Assembly (NCBI GenBank): GCA_016700375.1
Contig: CP065016.1
Location: 690,001-722,000 of the forward strand
DNA length: 32,000 nucleotides
DNA from: Candidatus Saccharimonadota bacterium
GTDB lineage: Bacteria; Patescibacteriota; Saccharimonadia; Saccharimonadales; UBA4665
Direction: 5' to 3'
Shown: piece after piece, positions 1-8,435 of the stretch
How positions within the stretch are numbered: the stretch's first letter is position 1
How the letters are laid out: each line of letters starts with the position of its first letter
Program-made: the position numbers and the translations under genes
Notes under the pieces: model-generated
Databases searched by the model: none
The model's input: only the letters and a program-made list of their open reading frames with translations
What the model was told of the DNA's origin: nothing

Positions 1-292
1 CCAGAGGATACTGGCGAGAAATAGTTTTATGGCAATACCGACATCTCCCATGTAACATCAGCCAGCTAACGAGCGGGATAAGATCTTTAGCAGCCAATAC
101 ATGGTAACAGCGCGTACACACGCTCCTCCCGGTCCAGATTGATAAGTTTGCGTTCCGATGCCTGGCTGCACGTTTCGAATTATTCTTTCTATGGGTTGGA
201 TTAATTTGAGCATGCAGCCTCCAAACGAGGGCATTAACAAAACTTCCGCACAATAACCCGAAAAAAAATAAAACGATAACCATTTCAATCAT
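1..292 (-). CDS. pilD: prepilin peptidase (A24/PilD family), N-terminal part; continues beyond the left edge
   Basis: Hand translation of the minus strand from ATG at 292 gives MIEMVIVLFFFGLLCGSFVNALVWRL...CTRCYHVLAAKDLIPLVSWLMLHGRCRYCHKTISRQYPL, open to position 1. It has an N-terminal TM helix, paired CxxC motifs and the IPLxSW motif typical of PilD. It is missing from the ORF track because there is no stop in the window. The listed 58..288 ORF is an overlapping alternative frame. Confidence 0.8.
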   Translation of the reverse strand, partial: MIEMVIVLFFFGLLCGSFVNALVWRLHAQINPTHRKNNSKRAARHRNANLSIWTGRSVCTRCYHVLAAKDLIPLVSWLMLHGRCRYCHKTISRQYPL

Positions 293-328
293 AATAGCAA
301 GTTTGCTGGCCTGTGGCTATTCACCGCA

Positions 329-354
329 CAAGAGCGTCCCTCAGGACGCTCTTG
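329..354 (-). terminator. perfect 11-bp stem / 4-nt loop hairpin between the pilin gene and pilD (attenuator or terminator-like, no U-tract)
   Basis: caagagcgtcc (329-339) / ctca / ggacgctcttg (344-354) are exact reverse complements. It lies 33 nt downstream of the pilin stop codon on the minus strand. Confidence 0.45.
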
Positions 355-386
355 TAACTACCGACGGATTGCAATTGTAACCGAGG

Positions 387-866
387 CTAACTCTCTGTGC
401 ACTGACGAGCGACACCGGTGCCACCAGTCTCGACGACATAGGTAGCCGCCACAGCACGAGGTTTGGCGGTAGGTGTATTTGCATTACAGCCGTAGTTTAT
501 TCGAATATTTATGATACCCGTATCCGCAATGGCCGAGGGATCTGCCCCATTAAACCGAATTTGTGTTCCGGCTCTCACCTTAGATGTCACCGGACTGTCA
601 GGAGTGTTACCAATGACGACATCTGTCGCGCCGCCGGGATCGGGGATATTTGACGGCATCTTACCATTGTTCGCGGCCTGAAACTCATTCACACCGCTCA
701 AAACATTGGACGCATCATTCCGAATGGCAGTATTCCGACTATTCCGCTGCAATGCCGGTACCGCCAGGAAGACAATGAGCAGAATAAGACCGGCTATAGC
801 TAGTACTATCAACACTTCAATAATTGTGAACCCCTGTTGCTTAGATCGCTGTGTAGTTTTTTGCAT
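387..866 (-). CDS. pilA: type IV major pilin
   Basis: The N-terminus MQKTTQRSKQQG/FTIIEVLIVLAIAGLILLIV is a class III (prepilin) signal with G-F cleavage and Glu+5. A C-terminal Cys...Cys pair (GCNAN...ARQC) resembles a pilin D-region. A GGGG Shine-Dalgarno lies 9 nt upstream. Confidence 0.9.
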   Translation of the reverse strand: MQKTTQRSKQQGFTIIEVLIVLAIAGLILLIVFLAVPALQRNSRNTAIRNDASNVLSGVNEFQAANNGKMPSNIPDPGGATDVVIGNTPDSPVTSKVRAGTQIRFNGADPSAIADTGIINIRINYGCNANTPTAKPRAVAATYVVETGGTGVARQCTES

Positions 867-910
867 ATAGCAAGTGCCCCTTTGCTTATTTAATTCTACT
901 TATGCTTCAA

Positions 911-939
911 ATAATACTGAATGGTTTAGCATATTGCAA
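911..939 (-). promoter_or_regulatory. sigma70-like promoter dedicated to the pilin gene (TTGCAA-N17-TATTAT)
   Basis: The minus strand reads ttgcaa (939-934), a 17-nt spacer, then tattat (916-911), about 45 nt upstream of the pilin ATG in the pilC-pilin spacer. Confidence 0.5.
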
Positions 940-998
940 TAGGTGATATTCATGTATTGAGTCTCGCACGCTGCAGTAAGACCGTTCTGTGAAATATC

Positions 999-2219
999 TT
1001 ACACACCACCCAACCCATTCTTTCCCGCTAATCCATAGATGGGCAGAAGAACTGCGGCAACTATGATGAATGCGACAATTCCAAGTAACACCATCATGAC
1101 GGGCTCTATGATAGAGGATATGGTTTCCACTTCTGTATCGACTTCTTTTTCGTAATAATCAGCAACTTTTGCCATCATCTGCTCAAGTGCACCCGATTGC
1201 TCGCCAATACGCATCATACTCGGCACCAGCGGGAGAAAGTGCGGATCATTTTCTAAACTATCGGCGAGACTTTTGCCTCCTTTGACTTTTTCCGAAGCTC
1301 TCATGATTGATTTTTCAATATGCACATTGTTGACTGCCTTAGAGGTAATGCTGAGCATCTGCAATAACGGAACACCGGTAGATACTAGCGTTGTGCCCGT
1401 ACGCGCAAATCTGGCCATGTAGACCTTCATAAAAAGGCTTCCTATGGGCCATGCGCTCATTTTCAGTTTATCAATCACCTCTTTGCCTGGGCCAGTGCGC
1501 GCCCAGCGCGTTGTAAAGAAAATTGCGAAACCGAACGCCAAAAGCATAACCCACCAAAAGTGGATGGTAAAATCAGAAATACTTAGTAGGACTCTGGTAA
1601 TTAGCGGTAACTGAGCGTTTTGCATACCGTCGTATATATTTTTTACCTGAGGCAACACCTTCACCACCATAAATCCCACAACTGCCATCATGACTAATAC
1701 AACAACGAGAGGATATATCATTGCACCTTTGATTTTTGCATTCAGGTCAGCTTCTTTCTCTTGTTGTACGGCAAGACGGTCAAGAGCTTGATCGAGCGTT
1801 CCCGATGATTCCCCGGCCGCAATCAACGCAATATAAACAGGGTTGAAAACGCGCGGAAATTTCCCCATAGCGGCCGCAAGCGTGCCACCACCTTCAACAT
1901 CTCCAATGACTTGACTCAACACTACCTTGAGCGGTTTACTCGTCGCCTGGCTGTTTACGCTCCTTAGCGCCTGCAGCAGGGGCAGGCCTGCATTAATAAG
2001 CGTGCTTAGCTGGCGACTAAAAAGCACTCGATCTTTAGCTTTTATACGCCCCTTGAAAAAATTCATTCCAGGAGAGGAGGATTCGAGGGTTACATCTGTA
2101 GGAACGAGTCCTTCGGCGCTAATTAATTTTGCGGCAGCAGCCTCGCTGTCTGCCTGAACCGTTGCTTTCACCTGCTTGCCGGTCTGCGGATTACGCGCTG
2201 TGTAGCTATATGTTAGCAT
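999..2219 (-). CDS. pilC: type IV pilus platform protein PilC (GspF/T2SS-F family)
   Basis: 406 aa with two T2SS-F-like repeats and 3 TM segments (for example the GESSG and EQSG motifs). Its start overlaps the pilT stop as TAATG at 2217-2221. Confidence 0.9.
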   Translation of the reverse strand: MLTYSYTARNPQTGKQVKATVQADSEAAAAKLISAEGLVPTDVTLESSSPGMNFFKGRIKAKDRVLFSRQLSTLINAGLPLLQALRSVNSQATSKPLKVVLSQVIGDVEGGGTLAAAMGKFPRVFNPVYIALIAAGESSGTLDQALDRLAVQQEKEADLNAKIKGAMIYPLVVVLVMMAVVGFMVVKVLPQVKNIYDGMQNAQLPLITRVLLSISDFTIHFWWVMLLAFGFAIFFTTRWARTGPGKEVIDKLKMSAWPIGSLFMKVYMARFARTGTTLVSTGVPLLQMLSITSKAVNNVHIEKSIMRASEKVKGGKSLADSLENDPHFLPLVPSMMRIGEQSGALEQMMAKVADYYEKEVDTEVETISSIIEPVMMVLLGIVAFIIVAAVLLPIYGLAGKNGLGGV

Positions 2220-3286
2220 TAATCCCTCATCAATCTGTCTAATTCATCAATGTCTATGGCATAGTTGCGAGCTTCGTCATAGCTAATCGTTCCTGAGTGA
2301 ATAAGTTGCACAAGTTGCTTGTCCATACTCTGCATACCAAATTCCGCACCGGTTTGAATAACAGCATCGAGTTGGTGAGTTTTGCCTTCGCGTATGATGT
2401 TGCGAACCGCAGGAGTCGCCACAAGAATTTCGGCAGCCGCAATACGACCACCGCCAATGGCAGGAATAAGCCTTTGGCTACAAATGGCCATGAGGATGTT
2501 GCTTAGTTGTGCGCGAATTTGCGGCTGTTGGTGCGGCGGGAAAACGTCGACCATGCGGTCGATACTTTGGGCGGCGCTATTGGTATGAAGCGTCGCAAAG
2601 ACAAGGTGACCCGTTTCGGCAATGGTTATTGCGCTTGCTATGGTTTCGAGATCGCGCATCTCACCGATTAGCACAACATCTGGATCTTCGCGTAGGCTGG
2701 AACGAAGTGCTGCACTGAATGAGTACGTATCGTAGTGCACTTCGCGCTGTACGATGATGGATTTATTACTTTTATGCGTGTACTCTATGGGGTCTTCGAT
2801 GGTAATAATGTGCTTCCCTTGCTCCATGTTGATCTTATGGATAAGTGCTGCCAAGCTAGTAGACTTACCCGAACCAGTTGGCCCAGTGACCAGCACTAAG
2901 CCACGCGGATATTCAGCAAACTTCGAGACGATCTGCGGCAACCCGAGCTGCTCAATAGTTAGCATCTCGTTTGGAATAAGTCGTAGGGCTGCCGCCAGGT
3001 TACCCCGTTCATGAAAGGCGTTGACACGAAAACGTCCGAGGTCGCCAAACGCAAAGCTAAAGTCGAATTCTTTGTCTTTTAAGAGAATCTGCTTTTGGTC
3101 TTCGTCTAGTATGGCAAATATCAGGGTTTCAACACTTTCCTCAGTGAGAATGTCTGCGGCAGCAACAGGTATAAGCGAACCGTCTACGCGTAACATTGGT
3201 GGTAAGCCAACCTGTAGATGGAGGTCTGAGGCTTTTTTCTTAACAACTTCTTCAAGCAGTATTTCTATTCGTGGTTGTCCGCTCAT
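2219..3286 (-). CDS. pilT: type IV pilus retraction ATPase PilT
   Basis: ~355 aa with Walker A GPTGSGKST, an Asp box, Walker B and His box, and no long N-terminal domain. I prefer ATG at 3286 (GGGGGG SD 7 nt upstream) over the GTG at 3301 used by the ORF track. Confidence 0.9.
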   Translation of the reverse strand: MSGQPRIEILLEEVVKKKASDLHLQVGLPPMLRVDGSLIPVAAADILTEESVETLIFAILDEDQKQILLKDKEFDFSFAFGDLGRFRVNAFHERGNLAAALRLIPNEMLTIEQLGLPQIVSKFAEYPRGLVLVTGPTGSGKSTSLAALIHKINMEQGKHIITIEDPIEYTHKSNKSIIVQREVHYDTYSFSAALRSSLREDPDVVLIGEMRDLETIASAITIAETGHLVFATLHTNSAAQSIDRMVDVFPPHQQPQIRAQLSNILMAICSQRLIPAIGGGRIAAAEILVATPAVRNIIREGKTHQLDAVIQTGAEFGMQSMDKQLVQLIHSGTISYDEARNYAIDIDELDRLMRD

Positions 3287-3401
3287 TAGTTTACCCCCCA
3301 CTGCTGCAAGCGAGAGAAAGCCAAATCCATTGTTTTGGTCCCGAAAATTCTACCCTCTGTTCTCTGTTCTTGAACCTTGACTCTCATGTTCCACCCTCTC
3401 T

Positions 3402-3431
3402 CTTATCTCGTATCTCTTATTTCTTAACTCT
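3402..3431. repeat. heptamer-periodic pyrimidine tract (copy A) in the pilB-pilT spacer
   Basis: cttatctcgtatctcttatttcttaactct is 27/30 identical to 28647-28676. The upstream context ccaccctctc also resembles ccaccgctctg at the other copy. Confidence 0.7.
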
Positions 3432-3435
3432 TGAT

Positions 3436-5238
3436 TTATGCGCTGTCGGCTGATGCAACCCGGTTAACTTCTTGCACGGTAGTCTGGCCAGCGAGTGTTT
3501 TCAAAAATCCGTCAGCGCGCATGGTAACCATGCCTTCTTTCTCTGCCTGCGCCTGAATCTCTGAGCTTGTTGCTCGCTTCAAAATAAGCTGCTGCACCGC
3601 TTCGCTTACCTCAAAGACTTCGTACAACCCCATGCGACCTTTGTAGCCACCCGGGGAACCAGGGCTGTCTTTGCCCTTGGTTAAAGTATAAGCGGTATCA
3701 CCAGCCAATGGCAAGCTTTCATAGCCAAGGTCTGCGGCAACTTCAGCCATATGCTCCGCATCTTTAGGCAAAAAGTTGCCAAGAGCGGCTTTTATTGCCG
3801 CGGTCTCGACAGCACTCGATTGGTATTGCTCATTGTTTTTGCCTATGCGACGCACCAAGCGCTGGCCAATCACCACATGCACCGTACTTGCGATAAGGAA
3901 TGGTTCGATACCCATATCGAGCAAACGAGGCAAAATTCCGGCAGCACTATTGGTGTGAAGCGTACTGAAGACCAAATGCCCGGTTAAGCTGGCTTGGACT
4001 GCAAGTTCCGCCGTTTCCTTGTCGCGAATCTCGCCCACCATAACAATATCTGGATCCTGGCGCAAGATTGAGCGAAGGCCGCTACTAAAGGTCAGGCCAA
4101 CATCGGCGTTCACCTGAATCTGATTTATGCCATCCATCTTGTACTCAACAGGGTCCTCAAGAGTCACAATGTTGACTCCGTCGCTCTTCACCTCTTGTAA
4201 AAGTGCGTAGAGGCTAGTTGACTTACCTGAACCGGTTGGCCCGGAAGTTAGTATCATACCGTTTGTGCGTTCAAGACCCGCCCGAATAGCCCTGAGGCTT
4301 CGCCCGTGGTATCCCATTTCCTCAAGCTGGAAACTGGTACCGCTTTTATCCAGCAACCGGATAACAACCTGCTCCCCCCATATAACCGGACTAATCGAGA
4401 TACGTAAGTCTATGTCTTTCCCGGCAACACTGACGGTGAATTCACCGTCTTGCGGAATGCGGTGTTCATCGATTTTCAGATTAGAAAGAATCTTAATACG
4501 GGACACAAGTGGCGGTTCGGTCGACTTTGGCAGGGTCATAATCTCACGGAGGATGCCATCAATCCGACAGCGGATTTTTAGGCTTTCCTTGAGCGGCTCT
4601 ATGTGGATATCGCTTGCTCTATTTTTGGCAGCGTATTCTAAAATAGTTGAAAGTGCTTTGCTGATGGGTGAGTCTTGCACTATTGTTTTGATATTGTCAG
4701 CCGTTTTCTGTGAGTTTTTTTCGTCCTGAACAGCCTTATCGGCTTTTAGAACGTCGCCCATTTTACCAATTTCATCCACAAGATTGTCCGACAGCTGTGC
4801 CGAATACTGGTGCAACACCTGCCGTATACCTTCTTCACTTGCTGCATATACCTTCAGCGGTCGATTAATCCGGTTACTCAGGAAGTCAACGGCCTGTACA
4901 TTATCGGCATCCAGCATAGCAACCACAAGGCGGTGCTGCATCTCACCCAGAGGAACCGCCATATACCGCTCAGCGGTATCTTGTGGCAGCAGTTCGAGCA
5001 CCTTAGAATCAATCTTTGCCTCAAGTAAGTTCACATATGGTATCTTCGAAACATGTGCAGTCGTTTTTGTCAACTGTTCATTCGTAACCTTACCGCTTGT
5101 CACCAGTAAACCAAATAACGGTGTTCCGGTATCTTTTGACTGTTGTTTTAGCTCAGCCAAATCAGCCCGCGTGAGCACGTTATCCTCAATGAGCTTATCT
5201 TCGACTTGAGTCTGTGTGGTCGCCGAGAGAACACTCAT
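3436..5238 (-). CDS. pilB: type IV pilus assembly ATPase PilB (GspE family with N-terminal T2SSE_N domain)
   Basis: 600 aa with Walker A GPTGSGKST and a long N-terminal domain. A GGAGGG SD lies upstream of the ATG. Confidence 0.9.
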   Translation of the reverse strand: MSVLSATTQTQVEDKLIEDNVLTRADLAELKQQSKDTGTPLFGLLVTSGKVTNEQLTKTTAHVSKIPYVNLLEAKIDSKVLELLPQDTAERYMAVPLGEMQHRLVVAMLDADNVQAVDFLSNRINRPLKVYAASEEGIRQVLHQYSAQLSDNLVDEIGKMGDVLKADKAVQDEKNSQKTADNIKTIVQDSPISKALSTILEYAAKNRASDIHIEPLKESLKIRCRIDGILREIMTLPKSTEPPLVSRIKILSNLKIDEHRIPQDGEFTVSVAGKDIDLRISISPVIWGEQVVIRLLDKSGTSFQLEEMGYHGRSLRAIRAGLERTNGMILTSGPTGSGKSTSLYALLQEVKSDGVNIVTLEDPVEYKMDGINQIQVNADVGLTFSSGLRSILRQDPDIVMVGEIRDKETAELAVQASLTGHLVFSTLHTNSAAGILPRLLDMGIEPFLIASTVHVVIGQRLVRRIGKNNEQYQSSAVETAAIKAALGNFLPKDAEHMAEVAADLGYESLPLAGDTAYTLTKGKDSPGSPGGYKGRMGLYEVFEVSEAVQQLILKRATSSEIQAQAEKEGMVTMRADGFLKTLAGQTTVQEVNRVASADSA

Positions 5239-5253
5239 GGAGCAGTATCCCTC

Positions 5254-5505
5254 CTATCTGTTGACGCCATTAAACGGATTTGGATTTGTCTTATCGCCCA
5301 GTTGACCCTGTTGAGTTGGATTGATGCTAGCTTCATTAAAAAAGCGTTCATCTGGCAGGTTAAATGTCGTTGAGATTTTATCGACCTCTTCGGCCTTTTG
5401 CTGGCGATTCGTTGGCGAAATCAATAATTTTGTTGATAGCAATAAAGATACAACCGCACTGAATATTGCTACAACAATGATAACGGCAATGTCTTTTTGC
5501 TTCAT
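5254..5505 (-). CDS. small single-pass membrane protein within the T4P operon (PilP-position, function unknown)
   Basis: 83 aa with an N-terminal TM helix (IAVIIVVAIFSAVVSLLL). It is embedded between the pilO-like gene and pilB, and its start overlaps the upstream gene's stop. Confidence 0.6.
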   Translation of the reverse strand: MKQKDIAVIIVVAIFSAVVSLLLSTKLLISPTNRQQKAEEVDKISTTFNLPDERFFNEASINPTQQGQLGDKTNPNPFNGVNR

Positions 5506-6173
5506 TTTACGATAACGCTCCTCATGTTCAGTGACTTCGCTGGTTGAAAGTATGTTTGCGCCACTACGCCAAGGGTTAACTCATCTTGATTACCTGATAT
5601 ACTGAGTGAATTGATTTGCATGGGACGGATAGAACCCTCAAGTGCAGTCAAGACATTTCTGATGTTATCGTACTGGCCTGAGACGGTAAATTCAAAGGGC
5701 ATGGCAATAGCCTCAGGGGTAGAGCTCACCAGATTCGCCGACTGTGTCACTTCATCATCAGTGCCATTAATGGAATTAAATTTTACATTTTTATCAGATA
5801 GAATCGATTCAAGGCTCGTCGTCAGTTCTGGAAAATCATACGTACTAGGCAAAGCATCTAAAATAATTTTTGCATTATTGCCATCCTGCTTCCCGGAACC
5901 AGTCGATATGCCGCCGATAGCATTTGTTGAAGTAGTCGTAAAAGCTATGTATGATGCTTGCAATTTTTTTGTCGATTCTATGTCTTCTTTTAATGTTCTT
6001 ACAGCGACTCGTTTTTTCTGAATAACCTTGTCCTGATATTGAGCCTGCTGAATAAATGACTTCGTTGCAATAATCGAAAATACCAATAAGAATGTGGCAG
6101 CGCTTACAACTATGACGACCGTCGTATTAGCCTTATCGATTAATGTCCTTTTGGCTGTTACTAATTGCGCCAT
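5502..6173 (-). CDS. PilO-like pilus assembly protein
   Basis: 223 aa with an N-terminal TM helix followed by a coiled-coil-like segment. Position directly after the pilN-like gene supports the call; the assignment rests on topology and position only. Confidence 0.55.
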   Translation of the reverse strand: MAQLVTAKRTLIDKANTTVVIVVSAATFLLVFSIIATKSFIQQAQYQDKVIQKKRVAVRTLKEDIESTKKLQASYIAFTTTSTNAIGGISTGSGKQDGNNAKIILDALPSTYDFPELTTSLESILSDKNVKFNSINGTDDEVTQSANLVSSTPEAIAMPFEFTVSGQYDNIRNVLTALEGSIRPMQINSLSISGNQDELTLGVVAQTYFQPAKSLNMRSVIVK

Positions 6174-6923
6174 CTAATTTTCGCCTCCAAATAAGTTGCC
6201 CTCGTTGGTTGGGGTTGTTGTTGGTACCAGCAAATTAGTGTCATACGAAACATCAAAAAGCGCTGGATCATATTTCAGCGTAATAGTAAAATTCGCACCT
6301 TTTTCATCGCGCTTGAAACTTTTTAACACCACCTCGCTAAACGCTCGTTTCACTGATACACAATTCCCTTCTGAATCAACAACTGTATTTTCGGGAATTA
6401 TTGTTTGTTCACCGTCCAAATTTGGACATAAGTCTTTACCCTGCTCCAATGATGAAGCCGGTTTAGACTGTCTATACCGAGTACCCTTCAGGGTATCGGT
6501 ATAGATGCTTACGGTATCGAGATTGTCTGCCTTACCGGATATTGAAATGGTTTGTACGGCAAAATCTATATCAAGTTTATCTAAGGAAGCCTGTGCCGGA
6601 GTTACCTGCGAAATATATGACAGCAAACGGGTGGCGACAGGCTTCTGTACGTGCAGCTTGGTCAAGGTGTTAAGTTGGCTCTGAACCGTGAGTATTTTAT
6701 CTAAACTCTTAAAGCCTTTTAGTTTAGTATGGTACGTTTTTATATCACTATCCAGATCACTGAGACTTTTTTTCTGAACTACATTGACGAAAAAGAAGGC
6801 GAACAGAAAGACAGCCAAGGAAATCCCACCCACAACCAATGAAATGAATGTCATGAGGTATTTTGTACGACGCGCTTTTACAAATTCAAGCTTTATATCC
6901 GGCAATAGATTAAGCTGTACCAT
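6174..6923 (-). CDS. pilN: PilN-like fimbrial assembly protein with C-terminal extension
   Basis: It starts MVQLNLLPDIK... (the INLLP signature of PilN), followed by a TM helix. It is abutted to pilM. The extra C-terminal ~90 aa contain a Cys-bracketed motif, LCPNLDGEQTIIPENTVVDSEGNC. Confidence 0.7.
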   Translation of the reverse strand: MVQLNLLPDIKLEFVKARRTKYLMTFISLVVGGISLAVFLFAFFFVNVVQKKSLSDLDSDIKTYHTKLKGFKSLDKILTVQSQLNTLTKLHVQKPVATRLLSYISQVTPAQASLDKLDIDFAVQTISISGKADNLDTVSIYTDTLKGTRYRQSKPASSLEQGKDLCPNLDGEQTIIPENTVVDSEGNCVSVKRAFSEVVLKSFKRDEKGANFTITLKYDPALFDVSYDTNLLVPTTTPTNEGNLFGGEN

Positions 6924-7963
6924 TATTCATTCCTTTCCGCAAGACCAGCTGCCACACCAAACTGGTTCGAAACTGCAAGCAGTTCGTTTTGCCTATCCGC
7001 AGCAAAGGCAACATTACGCCAAGCATTACCGATCTCTACATTGACTCCAAATTTATTTGCCATATAGAGGGGAAATTCTGGGATTGTGGAAGCACCTCCG
7101 GTAACAATCATGCGTTCGATGGGAGTATCAGCATAACGTGTCTGAAAGAACTTGACTGACTTATCTATCTCGCTGACGAGCAAATCTATTGTGCCAATGA
7201 TTGCCTGATACACTTGTCCTTCAAGCTTATCCTTGCTCACACCAAACTTACTCACAAACTGCTGAGCCTGCTTATCATCTATATTCAGGTTTTGTGTTGC
7301 CGAACGAATAACCGCCTCCACGCCAGTGGGAATTGAACGGGTTAGTCTCGGCGCCCCTCCTAGAGTTATCACAAGATCAGTGCTAAAGTGACCCATGTCA
7401 ACTACTAGTTGGGGAGCCGTGGTATCGGAAGTAATGAGTGATCGTGAAATCGCTAGATTATCAGGCTCAAATGCAATAACATTAAGGCCTATTGATTCGA
7501 TCATATCCAGTCGCTGCTCAACAAGGTTATTCGAGACGCTGCTGAGCAAAACCTCAATCTTCGTGTGATCCTTTGGCGAGTCGCCTAGTGCAGCCCAGTC
7601 AATCTTACTCTCTGCAGGGGGTGTTGGTATAAGCGACTCTGCTTGGTAGCGAATTGCCTTCCCAAGTTCGCCTTCTGGAATTCGATCAAAGTCGATGACC
7701 GTAGTGAAGACGCGGCTACTCGGAAGTCCCACCGCGACATTGCGCGTAGATAAGCGAGCCTCAGACACTAAATTTGAAAGGATTTGAGCAAGCTTCTGCT
7801 GATCGGCCTTACTATCACTCTGTGCCACTTTTGCATCGACTGGCACATACGCATATTTTACAAGCCCCCTACTAGCACCAGATCCCCGTAACTCAACCAG
7901 CCTGATACCCGTCGTTCCGATATCAAGCCCAAAGAATGATGATACCCCACTCAATATACTCAT
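6923..7963 (-). CDS. pilM: PilM, actin-like ATPase of the T4P alignment complex
   Basis: 346 aa with an FGLDIGTTGIRLVEL phosphate-1 motif and an MIVTGGAS adenosine-type motif, typical of the PilM/FtsA-like fold. Confidence 0.85.
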   Translation of the reverse strand: MSILSGVSSFFGLDIGTTGIRLVELRGSGASRGLVKYAYVPVDAKVAQSDSKADQQKLAQILSNLVSEARLSTRNVAVGLPSSRVFTTVIDFDRIPEGELGKAIRYQAESLIPTPPAESKIDWAALGDSPKDHTKIEVLLSSVSNNLVEQRLDMIESIGLNVIAFEPDNLAISRSLITSDTTAPQLVVDMGHFSTDLVITLGGAPRLTRSIPTGVEAVIRSATQNLNIDDKQAQQFVSKFGVSKDKLEGQVYQAIIGTIDLLVSEIDKSVKFFQTRYADTPIERMIVTGGASTIPEFPLYMANKFGVNVEIGNAWRNVAFAADRQNELLAVSNQFGVAAGLAERNE

Positions 7964-7974
7964 AATTATCCATC

Positions 7975-8003
7975 ATTATAAAGAAACTCCTATCTAACCA
8001 CAA
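7975..8003 (-). promoter_or_regulatory. sigma70-like promoter TTGTGG-N17-TATAAT immediately upstream of pilM (near-leaderless)
   Basis: The minus strand reads ttgtgg (8003-7998), 17 nt, then tataat (7980-7975). The pilM ATG starts 12 nt after the -10 box, and no clear SD is present. Confidence 0.4.
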
Positions 8004-8046
8004 GTGCTTTAGGTAAAGTGGTTTGTCATCTTGTCATGAACACTAA

Positions 8047-8340
8047 GCATGAGCTCCTGAGGGAGATAGTTATACCCTAAGAACTGGTGTCGAATTCGGT
8101 ATCAAGAGAAATTTCAAGGGGTAACGAGTTTCGCACTTTGAGCTCATGTGCATTTTCTCCTCGAAGCACGGAGGGAGCCGTACTGAGGTACGGCGAGTGA
8201 GTACTGGAGAGGAAAAATGTGCAGGAGCCTAAGAAGCCGGCAGTGCGGCCAGCTTCGCTGGGAGGCAGGCTGGCTAGTGCGAAACTCGTGGGGGTAATGA
8301 ATTGGTAAACCATGACGTACATTCGATACCAACGCACAAT
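8047..8340. ncRNA. unclassified, highly self-complementary non-coding element (candidate structured RNA or leader; alternatively a MITE)
   Basis: A 14-bp perfect inverted repeat pairs 8124-8137 (acgagtttcgcact) with 8276-8289 (agtgcgaaactcgt). Nested inside are a perfect hairpin at 8177-8194 (gccgtac/tgag/gtacggc), imperfect pairing of 8149-8162 with 8207-8223, and a hairpin at 8249-8261 (ccagc/ttc/gctgg). In addition 8048-8056 (catgagctc) pairs with 8140-8148 (gagctcatg). The only ORFs here have non-protein-like composition. The strand is not determined. Confidence 0.4.
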
Positions 8341-8435
8341 CCGCTGTAAGTGGCAAGGTTGGTGATGAAAGTATGTCTATACCTGGCGCAAAGCCTCACC
8401 TGCCTAATCGACATATGCTAAGCCTAAAGTACAAC

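Noticed and set aside
261-268. A8/T8 homopolymer within codons 8-11 of pilD, a possible slipped-strand phase-variation tract
   Set aside because: It simply encodes Leu-Phe-Phe-Phe in a TM helix. Eight nt is short for efficient phase variation, and there is no supporting evidence.
58-288. 76-aa minus-strand ORF listed in the ORF track
   Set aside because: It overlaps, in a different frame, a much more convincing open frame (292 to 1) that encodes a PilD-like N-terminus. Its own sequence has no recognisable features.
3361-3435. Short periodic repeats that might suggest a CRISPR or tandem-repeat array
   Set aside because: The units are only 7 nt, imperfect and lack spacers, and no cas genes are present. 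It is a low-complexity heptamer tract, not a CRISPR array.
8085-8110. Minus-strand GAUACCGAAUUCGACACC resembling the 5' tRNA-like-domain motif (GGAUUCGAC) of tmRNA
   Set aside because: There is no GGGG 5' acceptor end, no T-arm or CCA-proximal 3' domain on either strand, no plausible tag reading frame ending in an Ala-Ala-like tail, and too little room before pilM.
8124-8289. 14-bp inverted repeat flanking a structured core, reminiscent of retron a1/a2 repeats around msr-msd
   Set aside because: No reverse transcriptase gene is adjacent or anywhere in the window.
8077-8356. Two overlapping minus-strand ORFs (86 and 70 aa) in the pilM-upstream gap
   Set aside because: Their composition is not protein-like, they have no SD, and they coincide with dense nested inverted repeats. 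The region is better explained as non-coding structure.
8352-8410. Plus-strand stretch GGCAAGG...GAUGAAAG...GGCGCAAAGCCUCACCUGCCUAA resembling the c-di-GMP-I (GEMM-I) core GGCAAACC...GAAA...ACGCAAAGCCUCCGGCCUAA
   Set aside because: I could not form the flanking helices (no stable GNRA-capped P1 hairpin and an oversized second helix). It is also on the strand antisense to the 730-aa gene, with nothing downstream to regulate. It still deserves a cmscan.
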